From NCBI GenBank assembly GCA_018969615.1, contig JAGWYA010000001.1, positions 169,141-233,140 on the forward strand: a stretch of DNA of 64,000 nt, given 5' to 3'. This DNA is from Patescibacteria group bacterium (lineage in GTDB: Bacteria; Patescibacteriota; Minisyncoccia; UBA6257; 02-FULL-45-10c). Below the pieces are notes generated by a model. That model was given only the letters and a program-made list of their open reading frames with translations. It was not told where the DNA came from and ran no database searches. This document shows, in pieces, positions 27,588 through 37,908 of this stretch. Numbering within the stretch: position 1 is the first letter of the stretch; every line of letters begins with the position of its first letter. Position numbers and translations under genes: made by a program.

Positions 27588-28127
27588 TTATTTCCGGAGC
27601 AGTTCGGGATGCGCTTCGCGGAGATGCTCGACCTTCGGGCGAATCACCAATGCGGAATACGACCGGTCGGCATGCCGCTCATAATACCTCTTATGATATT
27701 CCTCGGCGGGATAGAATGCCGTTAAAGGAGCTGTTTCAGTAACGATCGGCCCGGGATATCGGCTTTCTTTTTCAAGCATCATGATCCGCTGTACGACCGC
27801 GGCATGCTGCGCTTCCGTCGCATAGAAAACGACCGAACGGTACTGCGTTCCGATGTCATTTCCCTGCCGGTTCCGCGTCGTCGGGTCGTGGCTCATAAAA
27901 AAAACATCAAGAAGCTGGCCGAATGAAATGAGTCCCGGATCATATTCCACGAGGATCACCTCGGCATGGCCTGTGGTTCCGGTCGACACCTGCTCATAGG
28001 TCGGATCCGGCAGGTCGCCGCCGGCATATCCCGGCGTTACCGCGGTAACGCCTTTCAATTCCAAAAATACAGCTTCAGTGCACCAAAAACATCCGCCGCC
28101 GAATCCTACCTGTTCTGTTCGTGCCAT
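27588..28127 (-). CDS. msrA: Peptide methionine sulfoxide reductase MsrA.
   Basis: [12 protein letters not shown] active-site motif. Start at Met16, overlapping the msrB 3' end. Confidence 0.9.
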   Translation of the reverse strand: MARTEQVGFGGGCFWCTEAVFLELKGVTAVTPGYAGGDLPDPTYEQVSTGTTGHAEVILVEYDPGLISFGQLLDVFFMSHDPTTRNRQGNDIGTQYRSVVFYATEAQHAAVVQRIMMLEKESRYPGPIVTETAPLTAFYPAEEYHKRYYERHADRSYSALVIRPKVEHLREAHPELLRK

Positions 28128-28525
28128 TGATGAGTATCCGGGATGAATTGTAATGCGACCGAGTTCATGCAATATCGCTTTCCGGTCGGGGGAGGTCCGT
28201 CATCGAACACATGTCCCAAATGCGAGCCGCACCGCGCACAGCGAATTTCCGTCCGATGCATATCAAACGAATCATCCGGCACTTCTTCCAATCGGTCCGG
28301 CGCGAGCGGCGCATAATAACTCGGCCATCCCGTTCCTGATTCGAACTTTGTGTCTGCGCGAAACAATGCAAGTCCGCACGCAGCGCAGACATAGTGCCCG
28401 CCCGTCTTCGGCTCATCCGTTCCGCATGTGAACGGCGCTTCAGTCCCCCGTTCCCGGAGAACACGATACTGCTCAGGCGTAAGCAATGCCCTCCATTCAG
28501 CCTCACTTTTCTGGATCTTCTCCAT
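28106..28525 (-). CDS. msrB: Peptide methionine sulfoxide reductase MsrB (zinc-binding).
   Basis: CxxC...CxxC zinc site (CAACG...CARCG) and RYCMNS catalytic motif. Confidence 0.9.
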   Translation of the reverse strand: MEKIQKSEAEWRALLTPEQYRVLRERGTEAPFTCGTDEPKTGGHYVCAACGLALFRADTKFESGTGWPSYYAPLAPDRLEEVPDDSFDMHRTEIRCARCGSHLGHVFDDGPPPTGKRYCMNSVALQFIPDTHQWHEQNR

Positions 28526-28549
28526 AACCTCAGTATATCCTATTTTCTC

Positions 28550-29314
28550 CTACTGGCTCTGCGGCGGAAGATACCACCCCCGCATCCTCGTTGGGGACCG
28601 TTGCGCGGAATCGGGAATGCTGCTGACACCGAATGCCGCGATCGTACTCGTCGCGGTCAGCGGACCAAGAACAATAACCCGGTCATTCTGGGCGAAATCA
28701 ACCCCTGAAGGGAAAACCGTCTTCGGACCGACAACCACTGAAAAAATATTTCCTTGGCGGTCGCTCAATGTAAACCCATCCGATGTCACCGCCATGATCG
28801 TACCGATGTGCACCGTATGGGAATGCTGAGGACCGAAAGAGCGGTACAACCCGCCGAAGACCGGTAGCCGCGATCGCGCCGCCAAAGAATTGAACGTATC
28901 ATGCAGCGGCGTCAGCCCGACGACAAATGCGCCGACGATCGCGAGCGCAAGGACCGCTCCAAGCGAATACAACAAAGGGCGGCGATACACGAACCGGAAC
29001 CGAAGCGCCATAAGCTCAAGGCACGCAACGAACGCGATGACCGCCACGATGACCAGCCACGGAACCGCCGAGACCAGCGCCCACAAGCCGCGCGCGCCGA
29101 ACGCCGGAAGGAACCATGCTCCGGTCCGGTCAAGCGTAAAGAAAACGAAGCTCGCAAAAAAGATCAATGCCAGAAATGCGGCAAGCGAACCGACAAGAAG
29201 AAGCCCTGAGAGCAGCATAAAATGCCACCGGGGGCGGATCGCGGCGTTTCCTGACCGTATTTTCTCCATGACCGCTTCGCGGATGGGATGCGGGGAAGAT
29301 GGTTGTTCGCTCAT
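28550..29314 (-). CDS. Putative anti-sigma factor / membrane protein downstream of the ECF sigma.
   Basis: 4 bp overlap with the sigma gene. Cytoplasmic N-terminus, 4 TM, extracytoplasmic C-terminal domain. Confidence 0.55.
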   Translation of the reverse strand: MSEQPSSPHPIREAVMEKIRSGNAAIRPRWHFMLLSGLLLVGSLAAFLALIFFASFVFFTLDRTGAWFLPAFGARGLWALVSAVPWLVIVAVIAFVACLELMALRFRFVYRRPLLYSLGAVLALAIVGAFVVGLTPLHDTFNSLAARSRLPVFGGLYRSFGPQHSHTVHIGTIMAVTSDGFTLSDRQGNIFSVVVGPKTVFPSGVDFAQNDRVIVLGPLTATSTIAAFGVSSIPDSAQRSPTRMRGWYLPPQSQ

Positions 29315-29883
29315 ACTGCTGATCGCATATCTTCAATGATCTTTTTGAGGATCTTTCGTCCCCGATTGAGGCGTATCCCGACGGTGGATACGGGAATGTG
29401 CATAATATCCGATATCTCCTGATAGCTCATCTCTTCCAGATAGGCAAGGATGAGCGGTTCGCGGTATTTAGGATCAACCGCGCTCAAACTTTTATTCAAA
29501 AACGTCCGCATATCCTTTTCGTTCGCCTCCTGATCGGCGGTCTCGTTCGCAAAGAGGTACGGCATGATCTCGTCGAGATCGAAGGTAAACGAAGGCAATC
29601 GCTTCACTTTATAGATCCGGTTAATGAACTCATTATGGGCGATCCGGTAGATCCAGGGTGAGAAACGCATCTGAACATTGAAGCTCCGGATGTTTGCGTA
29701 CGCCTTAATGAAAATATCCTGGACCAGGTCCTCGATATCATGCGTGTTTGGAATGAACTTTCTGCCGTAGCGGAGAAGCTTCGCCTGATACCGGTCCACA
29801 AGGATACCAAACGCCTCGGTGTCGCCTTGCTGGACCCGCGCAGCGACGGTCTCGTCTGATTCTTTATGTGAAGACTGGCCCAT
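29311..29883 (-). CDS. ECF-type RNA polymerase sigma factor (sigma-70 regions 2 and 4).
   Basis: Region 2 (DLVQDIFIKAY) and region 4 HTH (YQEISDIMHIPVSTVGIRLNRGRKIL). Confidence 0.9.
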   Translation of the reverse strand: MGQSSHKESDETVAARVQQGDTEAFGILVDRYQAKLLRYGRKFIPNTHDIEDLVQDIFIKAYANIRSFNVQMRFSPWIYRIAHNEFINRIYKVKRLPSFTFDLDEIMPYLFANETADQEANEKDMRTFLNKSLSAVDPKYREPLILAYLEEMSYQEISDIMHIPVSTVGIRLNRGRKILKKIIEDMRSAV

Positions 29884-30072
29884 GGAAATAGAGGTATCCC
29901 GCCCATTACTACAACGGCGGCGGAGAAATATTACACCGCCGCGCTCATGAAATATAGCCGCATCCTTATTGTACTAAACAAGCGGATAGCCGCACAGCAT
30001 GCCGCTGCCCTCGCAGCATTTCATCGGCAGCATGGTCGAGACTATTCATAATCATATCGATCTATTCTCTCT

Positions 30073-30612
30073 ATGAACAAAACAAGGCTCAAGCTTATCG
30101 CAGCAGCGACCATCGCCGCCGGAGTTCTTACCGCCGGCCTCGGCATCGTCCATGCGGCAAGTACGACGAACGGACATCCGTCCTTTATGAGCGGTATCGT
30201 TGCGGCGATCGCCCAAAAGTTCAATGTGAACCCAAGCGACGTCCAGCAAGTCGTTGACCAGCAGCTTGCCCGGCAGAAAACACAGGCAATGACAGCCCGA
30301 CCGCAATCAATCGCCGATCGGCTCGCTCAGGCGGTCACCGACGGAAAACTGACCCAGGCGCAGGCAACGCTTATTCAAAATGAAGAAGCGTCGGTCAAAA
30401 CACAAATGGCCGCGCTGCAGGGTAAGACCGGGACCGATCTCAGGACGGCAATGGGCCAGATCATGACATCACTGAAGCAATGGGCAGCGGATAATAACAT
30501 TCCGCAGCAATACCTCATGTTCGGATCCGGCAGGCCGCAGATGGGCCGCGGACACGGCATGGGTAAAGGACACGCCCCGAGCGCCCCGACGTCATCGTCA
30601 ACGAGCCAATAA
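30073..30612 (+). CDS. Secreted hypothetical protein (signal peptide, Q/A-rich, C-terminal GHGMGKGH).
   Basis: MNKTRLKLIAAATIAAGVLTAGLGIVHA signal peptide. Followed by a strong terminator. Confidence 0.6.
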   Translation: MNKTRLKLIAAATIAAGVLTAGLGIVHAASTTNGHPSFMSGIVAAIAQKFNVNPSDVQQVVDQQLARQKTQAMTARPQSIADRLAQAVTDGKLTQAQATLIQNEEASVKTQMAALQGKTGTDLRTAMGQIMTSLKQWAADNNIPQQYLMFGSGRPQMGRGHGMGKGHAPSAPTSSSTSQ

Positions 30613-30643
30613 AAAACAAAAACATTCACTCCATACTTATTGC

Positions 30644-30678
30644 CCTTCTGCCCCGCCTATGCGGGGCAGAAGGTTTTT
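30644..30678 (+). terminator. Terminator (13-bp stem CCTTCTGCCCCGC / GCGGGGCAGAAGG plus T5).
   Basis: Read directly. Between convergent genes. Confidence 0.85.
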
Positions 30679-30698
30679 AAGACGCACCGCGGGAGCGC

Positions 30699-31193
30699 TT
30701 ACACGCGATTCAGGAACCAGATCATAAAATTGAGATATGCCGCAAAGCTCACCCAGGCGAGATACGGAACCAGGAGCCAGGCCGCCGGCCGTGAGATCTT
30801 CGCAAAGACCGCGATCGTCACTACGATCGCTCCCCAGAGCACCGCGATCTCGACCAGTCCGCTCAAAGGATTCTGCGCACCGAAGAAAAAAAGCGACCAC
30901 AATACATTCAAAAGCAACTGCGCTCCAAAAACACACACCGCCGTCCGCACTTCGTGACGATGAGGTCCTTTTTCCCACACCCAAAATACCGCGACCCCCA
31001 TCAATGCATACAAAGCGATCCACACCGGCCCGAATATCCAGCCGGGCGGCGTGAACGCGGGCTTTGTCAGCGATGCATACCAGGGCGCGAGCGCCGGTGT
31101 TGTGAAAAAAGATCCGACGAAGCCAGCCGCTTCGCAGATCAGGATCGCACTGCCGTACTGAAAAAGCCGTGATAGACGCATAAAGTTATCCAC
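30699..31193 (-). CDS. tspO: TspO/MBR tryptophan-rich sensory protein.
   Basis: 5 TM. Trp-rich motifs WYASLTKPAFTPPGWIFGPVWIALY and NVLWSLFFF. Confidence 0.85.
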   Translation of the reverse strand: MDNFMRLSRLFQYGSAILICEAAGFVGSFFTTPALAPWYASLTKPAFTPPGWIFGPVWIALYALMGVAVFWVWEKGPHRHEVRTAVCVFGAQLLLNVLWSLFFFGAQNPLSGLVEIAVLWGAIVVTIAVFAKISRPAAWLLVPYLAWVSFAAYLNFMIWFLNRV

Positions 31194-31238
31194 CTTTCTT
31201 TTAGTATATCATCAAAGCTCGAGAGGTATACTGAGGGT

Positions 31239-31790
31239 ATGAAACCCGTTGAAATTCCGGAACCGAAGCTCTCCCGTCTTCTCTTCGCAGATACTCGCCT
31301 TTCCTGGATGTGGCTGATCGTGCGCCTCTATATCGGCTGGCAGTGGGTTGAGGCAGGCTGGGAAAAGCTCACGAATCCCGCCTGGACCGGCAGTGCGGCA
31401 GGAACGGCGATCAAGGGTTTCCTTGCAGGAGCGCTGCAAAAAGCAAGCGGAGCGCATCCGGACGTATCAGGCTGGTATGCGGCATTCATTCAAGGCGCGG
31501 CGATCCCTCACCCTGTCCTTTTCTCGTATCTTGTCAGTTACGGCGAGTTCGCGGTCGGCATCGCGCTGATCCTCGGTGTCTTCACCGGCATCGCCGCATT
31601 TTTCGGAACCTTTATGAACCTCAACTATCTTTTCGCCGGAACCGTCAGCACGAACCCGGTCATGTTCTTGCTCCAGCTCTTCCTGATCCTCGCCTGGCGG
31701 ACCGCCGGCTGGATCGGCCTTGACCGCTATGTCCTCCCCGCCCTCGGAACTCCATGGGAGGCCGGCGATCTCTTCACGCGCGAACGCTAA
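31239..31790 (+). CDS. DoxX-family membrane protein.
   Basis: 4 TM, DoxX-like pattern. Confidence 0.65.
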   Translation: MKPVEIPEPKLSRLLFADTRLSWMWLIVRLYIGWQWVEAGWEKLTNPAWTGSAAGTAIKGFLAGALQKASGAHPDVSGWYAAFIQGAAIPHPVLFSYLVSYGEFAVGIALILGVFTGIAAFFGTFMNLNYLFAGTVSTNPVMFLLQLFLILAWRTAGWIGLDRYVLPALGTPWEAGDLFTRER

Positions 31791-31832
31791 AACCTTTTGT
31801 TTCAAAAATAAAGAACGCCGTGGAGGGCGTTT

Positions 31833-32219
31833 TTATCTCCGCTCAGCGAGCGCGCCAACTGCTTTTACAAGTTCATCGAGCCGATAATTGCTTTTTACAA
31901 AATAGCCAACCACATTGAATTTCTTTGCCTGTTTTTCCCTGCTGTCACTTCCCGAGACCGACACTACTGCTACTTTGATATCTTTTGTCTTTGGATCACC
32001 TCGTAAATGCTCCAAAAACTGAAAACCATCCATCGATGGCAAATACATATCAAGCCAAATAAGATCGGGCTTGCATTTTTTGAGGAGCTCTAAGGCGTCT
32101 TCGGCGGTCCGCGCGAGAACGGCGCTGTAACCCGCTTCTTCCAGCTCCAAGACAATAAGCTTGTTCAATGATGGATCGTCTTCAACTACAAGAATCGTCG
32201 TACTTGCTTTGCTCTTCAT
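31833..32219 (-). CDS. Single-domain response regulator (CheY-like receiver).
   Basis: ILVVEDD, phospho-acceptor D in LIWLDMYLP, KVAVVS conserved K region. Confidence 0.85.
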   Translation of the reverse strand: MKSKASTTILVVEDDPSLNKLIVLELEEAGYSAVLARTAEDALELLKKCKPDLIWLDMYLPSMDGFQFLEHLRGDPKTKDIKVAVVSVSGSDSREKQAKKFNVVGYFVKSNYRLDELVKAVGALAERR

Positions 32220-32261
32220 ATGCCAATAAGTATATCAGATTTGTCTGTTTTTGCATAGAAA

Positions 32262-32636
32262 CTATTCTCCCATCATGCTCAACACCGTTCCGACGATCGC
32301 TTCGATCGATGCGTTGCTTTTCACGATATAGCCGTTCGCGCCGGATTCCATCCCGCGCTTCATCTGTCCTTCACGGGCAAGGTTGGAGAGGATCAAAACC
32401 GGAATATGCGCGGTGGATGGGTCGCGTCTGATCTCTTTCAGAACCTCAAAACCGTTCATTTTCGGCAGCACCAGATCAAGCAATACCAGATCGGGCACGT
32501 GTTTACGGACCGCGAAAACCCCCTCATCCCCGGTCTTAGCGACGCGAAGGGTGATTCCCCGCTTCTCGAACGCGAATTGAAGCGGCTTGATCAAAGAATC
32601 CTCATCTTCAATTAAAAGAACATCAAGATTAGGCAT
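32262..32636 (-). CDS. Single-domain response regulator (CheY-like receiver).
   Basis: Start at Met68 of the track ORF (MPNLDVLLIEDED), just downstream of the kinase. LVLLDLVLP, PVLILS. Confidence 0.8.
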   Translation of the reverse strand: MPNLDVLLIEDEDSLIKPLQFAFEKRGITLRVAKTGDEGVFAVRKHVPDLVLLDLVLPKMNGFEVLKEIRRDPSTAHIPVLILSNLAREGQMKRGMESGANGYIVKSNASIEAIVGTVLSMMGE

Positions 32637-34776
32637 GTGTTTTCTTTTCCTCTTCACGTTTGACCGTAAAATAGAACTTCGCCCCTTTGCCGCGTCCCGC
32701 CGATTCAAAATGAGCATCGCCGCCATGGGCGCGCGCGAAAGCCCGCACAATGAACAACCCAAGCCCGAATCCGTTCGGCGACATCCGCTTCGCGGCTTCG
32801 CCGCGGAAGAACTTCTCGAACATATACCGCTGCTCATCAGGAGAAACGCCGATGCCGTTATCAGAGACGGAGATCTCTAAAAACGGTTCGTTGCCATACA
32901 CTCTTTTCTGGCCGGCCAGGGTCACGGAACCGCCCGATTCGGGAACATACCAGAATGCATTGTTCAAAAGAACTTCCAGCATCTTTTTCATCTTTTTCGT
33001 ATCGCACTCCACTGTATCGGATCCCGGCTCAAGATTAATGGTCAGATCGATCTTCTTAGAATGGACAAGGAACTCATTTTCTTTAACGATCTCATCGATC
33101 AGCGGGCGCAGCCGACAAGGCTCCTTTTTCAGCTCAAGATTCTTATCTTCCACATCAAGCGCCGTGAGCATATCATCCAAACGCTCAATGACAAAGAGGG
33201 AGTTCTTATAGGTATCCTTGAGAAATTCTTTCTGGGCCTTCAGGTCGACGGTTCCATCCAAAAGAAGCTCTGTGCTCCAGCGCACGGCGGATAATGGCGT
33301 CCGCAATTGATGCGATACCACGGAAATAAAGTTAGACTTCGCCTCGTCGAGCTTTTTCAGATCGCCGTACAAACGGGCATTGTTGATCAGCACGCCGGCC
33401 TCGCTGGTCAAATGATCAAGCAGGCGGAGATCTTCGGTCGTAAAAAGGTCGTTCGAGGACTTTGCTCCGATGAAATATATCGCAATCATCTGACTGTCGG
33501 ACGAGATAGGGATCGCCAGCGTAAAATCAAGCTTGACCAATTCCTCATATGCTGCCGGCAACAGATCAATATGGACAACTTTTAATCGCACTCTGTCACG
33601 CTCCAATTCATGGATAATTTCATCTCGGTTAAGAATAAATCCCTCGTTCATTTTCAAAAACTCGATCAACGGGTTATTAGGAGATAACTCAATGTCTTTT
33701 TTAGAGTCACTGCTTGCTAAAAAAGTATCCTTAGAAGTTAATACTGCGAACTCAGCTTCGCTAACTTTAAAAGTACTTTTTACAATCTCATTAAAAATTT
33801 TTAAGAGCCTTTCCAGATCAAGGCTCGCCGTATGAATTGTCGAGGTCAGCTCTTCAATTACATTATTAAAGTTATAATGTTTATGAAAAAATATCCTGTC
33901 AGTCGCTTTTTCAATAAACTGCTTCAGCGGCTCAAACGTAAGCGTAATGACAAGAGATGAAAGGATAAGCGAATAGATGTATCCGAGTCCTGTATACTGG
34001 CTCACGGACGCAACAATAACGATATAGACAAAGCTGATTGCCGCAAAAACCAACGAGAATATCACGCCCATCCTCACCACAACCCAAATTTCCAACAGAT
34101 GATACCGGACGATCGCATAAGTCATAAGGATAACCATAAACGTGGCGGAGATCGGTCCGACCGTATTAAAATTCTGCGCTTTAAATACCAGCGGCAAAAT
34201 TAAATTCGTAATTACCGATGGGATCAGCATAAGCGCCAACCCCAAAAGCGCATATTTTAATCTCAATACATCAACGCCATGTGCTTTGTGATATTTGTAA
34301 AGCAGATAAAATAGAGATCCCAAAATATAGCCCAAAACAAGCATGCCATAAAATGGGTATGCGCTCCCGTATGTATTGATAATATGATTATTTCTGATGC
34401 CAACCGAAGTAACCACCTTGTTAACCAAGACAAGGATAATAAATACGCTAGGGGCCGCCAATATAAAAACAGGCGCAAGCAAACTACGACTAAAACTTTT
34501 CGGTTCTAATTCATATACAAAAAAGGCGAGGAAGGCGACGATGACCAGCGGTGAAATAAAAGTTATTTTACTCACCCAAAGTGCGGGAGGGAAATTTATT
34601 GTCGCCCAAAGCGAAAGGATCCAGCCCGATGCGCCAAGTGCGAAAAAAAACAGGCCCAAATTTAACGCCTTTTTGGGATTCTCATAAATAACATACGCCC
34701 CAAGAAGTATGTTTAAAATCCCGGTGGCTAAAAGAGGAAGTGATTCCATCATCTTTAGCATACCAAGGGTCGGCAC
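32629..34776 (-). CDS. Sensor histidine kinase with an N-terminal multi-TM (7TMR-like) domain, GAF-like linker, HisKA and HATPase_c.
   Basis: H-box SHQLRTPLSAVRW, N/G boxes (LLNNAFWY, SDNGIGV, GFGLGLFIV). Confidence 0.9.
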   Translation of the reverse strand: MPTLGMLKMMESLPLLATGILNILLGAYVIYENPKKALNLGLFFFALGASGWILSLWATINFPPALWVSKITFISPLVIVAFLAFFVYELEPKSFSRSLLAPVFILAAPSVFIILVLVNKVVTSVGIRNNHIINTYGSAYPFYGMLVLGYILGSLFYLLYKYHKAHGVDVLRLKYALLGLALMLIPSVITNLILPLVFKAQNFNTVGPISATFMVILMTYAIVRYHLLEIWVVVRMGVIFSLVFAAISFVYIVIVASVSQYTGLGYIYSLILSSLVITLTFEPLKQFIEKATDRIFFHKHYNFNNVIEELTSTIHTASLDLERLLKIFNEIVKSTFKVSEAEFAVLTSKDTFLASSDSKKDIELSPNNPLIEFLKMNEGFILNRDEIIHELERDRVRLKVVHIDLLPAAYEELVKLDFTLAIPISSDSQMIAIYFIGAKSSNDLFTTEDLRLLDHLTSEAGVLINNARLYGDLKKLDEAKSNFISVVSHQLRTPLSAVRWSTELLLDGTVDLKAQKEFLKDTYKNSLFVIERLDDMLTALDVEDKNLELKKEPCRLRPLIDEIVKENEFLVHSKKIDLTINLEPGSDTVECDTKKMKKMLEVLLNNAFWYVPESGGSVTLAGQKRVYGNEPFLEISVSDNGIGVSPDEQRYMFEKFFRGEAAKRMSPNGFGLGLFIVRAFARAHGGDAHFESAGRGKGAKFYFTVKREEEKKTHA

Positions 34777-34846
34777 AATAGCAAATCAACGCCAAAAAAG
34801 TCTTTAATAAATGAGAAAATCTCGCTTTAAAAAATAACAAGCCGAA

Positions 34847-35416
34847 TTATTCGGCTTGTTTAGCAAATTTATTTATATTTTCTTCGGACACCGGACTGAT
34901 GAAAGCGATCATTTTCCATTCCCCGTTCGCACCATATACAAATGGCTGACCGGAAAAAGTAAAATTTATTTTCGCGCTTTCTTTAAGTAGCCTGAAAAGC
35001 GCAGGGCGAGTGGTTCCGCAAAAATATTTATATCCACAAGACTGTGCATATATAAAAATGAAGTACATAAGCTTATAGAAAAGCTTCGCATCCCCTCTCT
35101 TTTCGCGGATAATAGCCACTCGCGAAACCTCAAAGGATTTGTCCGAGTCCAAATCAAAATTTATCTCATACAATCCTCTGAAATTAGGCCGCTTCCCCGC
35201 TGGAATAAGCCTCGCGGTACCAACGGGCCGGCCGTCTTCCAAAACAAGAAGGTGGACTGATTGTTTATCAAATTTATCCGCGTCCAATCCAGATTTTTTC
35301 GGATGCACCACTCCATATTCTTGAGCGAACACGACATACCTTAAGCGAAAGCATTCAAGCAGATCATTTCGATCCCGTGCAATTCGTATCTCAATATTGC
35401 GTTTATCCATTGCCAC
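34847..35416 (-). CDS. GNAT-fold acyltransferase (N-acyl amino acid synthase / autoinducer-synthase-like).
   Basis: RLRYVVFAQEYG...ARLIP is the acyl-homoserine-lactone/N-acyl-amino-acid synthase-like N-terminal pattern. Inference. Confidence 0.45.
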   Translation of the reverse strand: MAMDKRNIEIRIARDRNDLLECFRLRYVVFAQEYGVVHPKKSGLDADKFDKQSVHLLVLEDGRPVGTARLIPAGKRPNFRGLYEINFDLDSDKSFEVSRVAIIREKRGDAKLFYKLMYFIFIYAQSCGYKYFCGTTRPALFRLLKESAKINFTFSGQPFVYGANGEWKMIAFISPVSEENINKFAKQAE

Positions 35417-35620
35417 CTCGCTGGTAAAGACCTACTTTGAGCATAAAGGATTCCCTTTAAATATCAAGGTAACGCGATCGTCAAAATAGGACAGCGCATC
35501 CGGCGAGAAGGCAATCTCAGCACCGAGTTCGAATACCGAAAGGTCGGCGCGCAAGAGTTCGGCGCCTTGGTGCCCAAAAAACATACCTCCTGACACAGGA
35601 GGTATGTTTATATCCCAAAA

Positions 35621-35896
35621 TTATCGATGCGGGCAGCCGGCCCAGCAACAGGGACGGCGCATGCCCTTGTGCATCTTATCCAGACCGACGGTGATCCGGC
35701 GGGCTCGCGTTTCGTCCTGTTTCGCCGAGGTCACCCAGCAGATCCATTCGTTCCGCGCAAGCGGCGTGATCTCAGCCCACAATTTATTTGCCCGGGCATC
35801 ATGCCCGATCGCCCTACGAAGATCCGCGGGTATTCTATGAACCGTACCCGATGCTATTTTTAAGTGCGCCATTGTTTTTATCATAACAAATTCCAT
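35621..35896 (-). CDS. YdeI/OmpD-associated (DUF1801-related) family protein.
   Basis: IPADLRRAIGHDARANKLWAEITPLARNEWICWVTSAKQDETRARRI is the YdeI_OmpD signature. Own terminator downstream (CATACCTCCTG-ACA-CAGGAGGTATG). Confidence 0.7.
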   Translation of the reverse strand: MEFVMIKTMAHLKIASGTVHRIPADLRRAIGHDARANKLWAEITPLARNEWICWVTSAKQDETRARRITVGLDKMHKGMRRPCCWAGCPHR

Positions 35897-35946
35897 TAAA
35901 AAGCCGCCTGCGCTTTAATAAGACGGCCCATGCTCCGGATCGGAGC

Positions 35947-36732
35947 TTATGGCTTTTTGGCAAGAACAAAAATACTCGGACCAAAATGGAACCAGGACAA
36001 CATCCGCTGCGTCGATCCTTCTATGCGCAACAGCGCGCCGAGAGAAAGGATCTTTTTCAGGAATTGCGACCGCATATTGGATACTGAGAGCTTTTTCTCG
36101 ATCACAAACCCTTGATGGGCCAATGCGCGATAGATCGTCTGGGGGTGATGATTGACGAACGGCACTTCGCCCTCGGCAGCCGCATCATTCACCTTCACCG
36201 GAGCAAGCGGCGTACGCTGCAATCTCATACCGCGCTTCAACCGCGATTTAATATGCTGCGAGTTAGCGAATTCAAGCACGAGAAAGCCGCCGGGTTTAAG
36301 GATCCGGAAGATCTCGGCAATACTTTCTTCCGGCTCAGGAAGATGATGCATGACCCGCACGATAACCACCAGATCGCATGAAGCGTCCGGAAGGCCCGTA
36401 TGCGCCGCCGATCCCGCTGCGATCGTGACGCTCTTCCCTACCGCGCGCTGCGCCAGTAACCGCTGCACTTCGGACGGCTCAACCAGCGTCACCGTCTGTG
36501 CGATATGCGACAAAAACGAAGTAAGGCGGCCGAATCCTCCGCCGATATCCACGGCTGATTTGAATTTTTTTTGCCCCACAAGCCTCCGGATCGCCATCAC
36601 CTCGGCCTGATGCTCGTATTCCCGTCCGTGCCAAAAAGCCGGATATGAAAAATCCGGGTCGTCATAATACGCGTCTTTCAGTAATTCACTCACAATAGTA
36701 CTTATAGTATCTGTCTTTAGAATATTATGCAA
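35947..36732 (-). CDS. Class I SAM-dependent methyltransferase.
   Basis: Motif I VDIGGGFG, post-I LVEPS, motif II/III (VVIVRVMHH, LKPGGFLVLEF). Confidence 0.85.
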   Translation of the reverse strand: MHNILKTDTISTIVSELLKDAYYDDPDFSYPAFWHGREYEHQAEVMAIRRLVGQKKFKSAVDIGGGFGRLTSFLSHIAQTVTLVEPSEVQRLLAQRAVGKSVTIAAGSAAHTGLPDASCDLVVIVRVMHHLPEPEESIAEIFRILKPGGFLVLEFANSQHIKSRLKRGMRLQRTPLAPVKVNDAAAEGEVPFVNHHPQTIYRALAHQGFVIEKKLSVSNMRSQFLKKILSLGALLRIEGSTQRMLSWFHFGPSIFVLAKKP

Positions 36733-36860
36733 ACAAAAGCCCGGTGCGCCCGAACAGCATGATCGCTCCCTACTTTTAGAAATACGGCGCGGGCCGGCCG
36801 AATGGTCCCTTCGCCTTTATCCGTAAATAAAAACCACCCTTTCGGGTGGAATACTAACGT

Positions 36861-37370
36861 TTATTTGAAGACAACGACATCACTTTGATGCTCCGTCACG
36901 AGCCAGTAGAGCTTCGGACGGACATAGACCAATTCTTTCGTATAAAACCCCAGGCTGAGGATCCTCATCAGCAGAGGCGTCCTCTTATAGACAAGAAGGA
37001 CCAGATCCTGAGAATCGGTTAGGGCCCCCCAGCGATAGGACAACGTATAGGTTCTTTGATTGAAGTCGCTCAAGACGCCCTTTCTGCAGATCGGTGCGTC
37101 GAGCAAGATCGCGCTGCGAACGCGATCAGTATAAGCCATGGGGGGCTCAACGAGCTGAATACTCTTCAGATCATTGCCCCGGAACCGAGTCACCATTTTG
37201 AGGTAATCGTCCATAGGAACCTCGGGGGTGAACAAAGCGCTACACACGACGACCTTTTGGCCAACGAGTGACTTGACCCTGCTTGAGCAATCACGATACA
37301 GCTCATTACAGCTATACGCGTTCGCGCTCAACGTGAGCACGAGCGATAAGACCGCAGCCAATTTCCTCAT
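36861..37370 (-). CDS. Secreted hypothetical protein (signal peptide MRKLAAVLSLVLTLSANA).
   Basis: Cleavable signal peptide. Own terminator downstream (CCACCC-TTTC-GGGTGG plus T-run). Confidence 0.55.
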   Translation of the reverse strand: MRKLAAVLSLVLTLSANAYSCNELYRDCSSRVKSLVGQKVVVCSALFTPEVPMDDYLKMVTRFRGNDLKSIQLVEPPMAYTDRVRSAILLDAPICRKGVLSDFNQRTYTLSYRWGALTDSQDLVLLVYKRTPLLMRILSLGFYTKELVYVRPKLYWLVTEHQSDVVVFK

Positions 37371-37457
37371 CCCTTTCCTCCTTCGTTTGAGTTTTATGCG
37401 TAAACGAACTGATGCTAGAATGCCATATCAAAGAGGATTCGTCAAAATTTCTCTCCG

Positions 37458-37730
37458 TGAAGGCATCTCACTCGCGCTCGCTGGATCTCACAGACAAGAC
37501 GCTCGCGCTCTTTGGAACCTGCCTGCCGGCAGGCAGGCCCGGCGGTTCCAACGCCCCGCATTTTGCGGGGCTGCCTCCGCTCCGGAGAAACTTCTCGCCT
37601 CGCTAAAGCTTTGGCGAAGCGGGCCGTTTCCCCGACCCCCTTCCCGTTCAATCCCTACCCGGAGAAACAGAAAGACCGGCATATGCCGGTCTTTCTGTTT
37701 CTGCTCCCCATCGTAGAGGTTACACGAACC
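37458..37730. repeat. Copy 1 of a hairpin-rich roughly 0.25-kb repeat family. It ends in a tRNA-3'-end-like 17-mer (GTTCAATCCCTACCCGG, 37646-37662), a 40-bp perfect palindrome (37663-37702) and a degenerate tRNA-3'-like tail (37706-37730).
   Basis: Direct alignment to 39159-39382 over about 200 nt. Inner palindromes GGAACC-TGCCTGCCGGCAGGCA-...-GGTTCC and GCCCCGC-ATTTT-GCGGGGC. Confidence 0.8.
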
Positions 37731-37908
37731 AGGATTCAGAATGATTTCATTTTCCCCACCGCATAACTCACGGTATTATTTCCTTATTTTTAACGCGCCT
37801 GCTTAATTTTTGATTGTCTTTTTTGCGCATGGCTTTTTCGTAATAGGCATAGAACAATAATGCCGCCGGGGGATAGGGTTGTAAAAGTGGCGAAAAATGA
37901 TACCTGCA

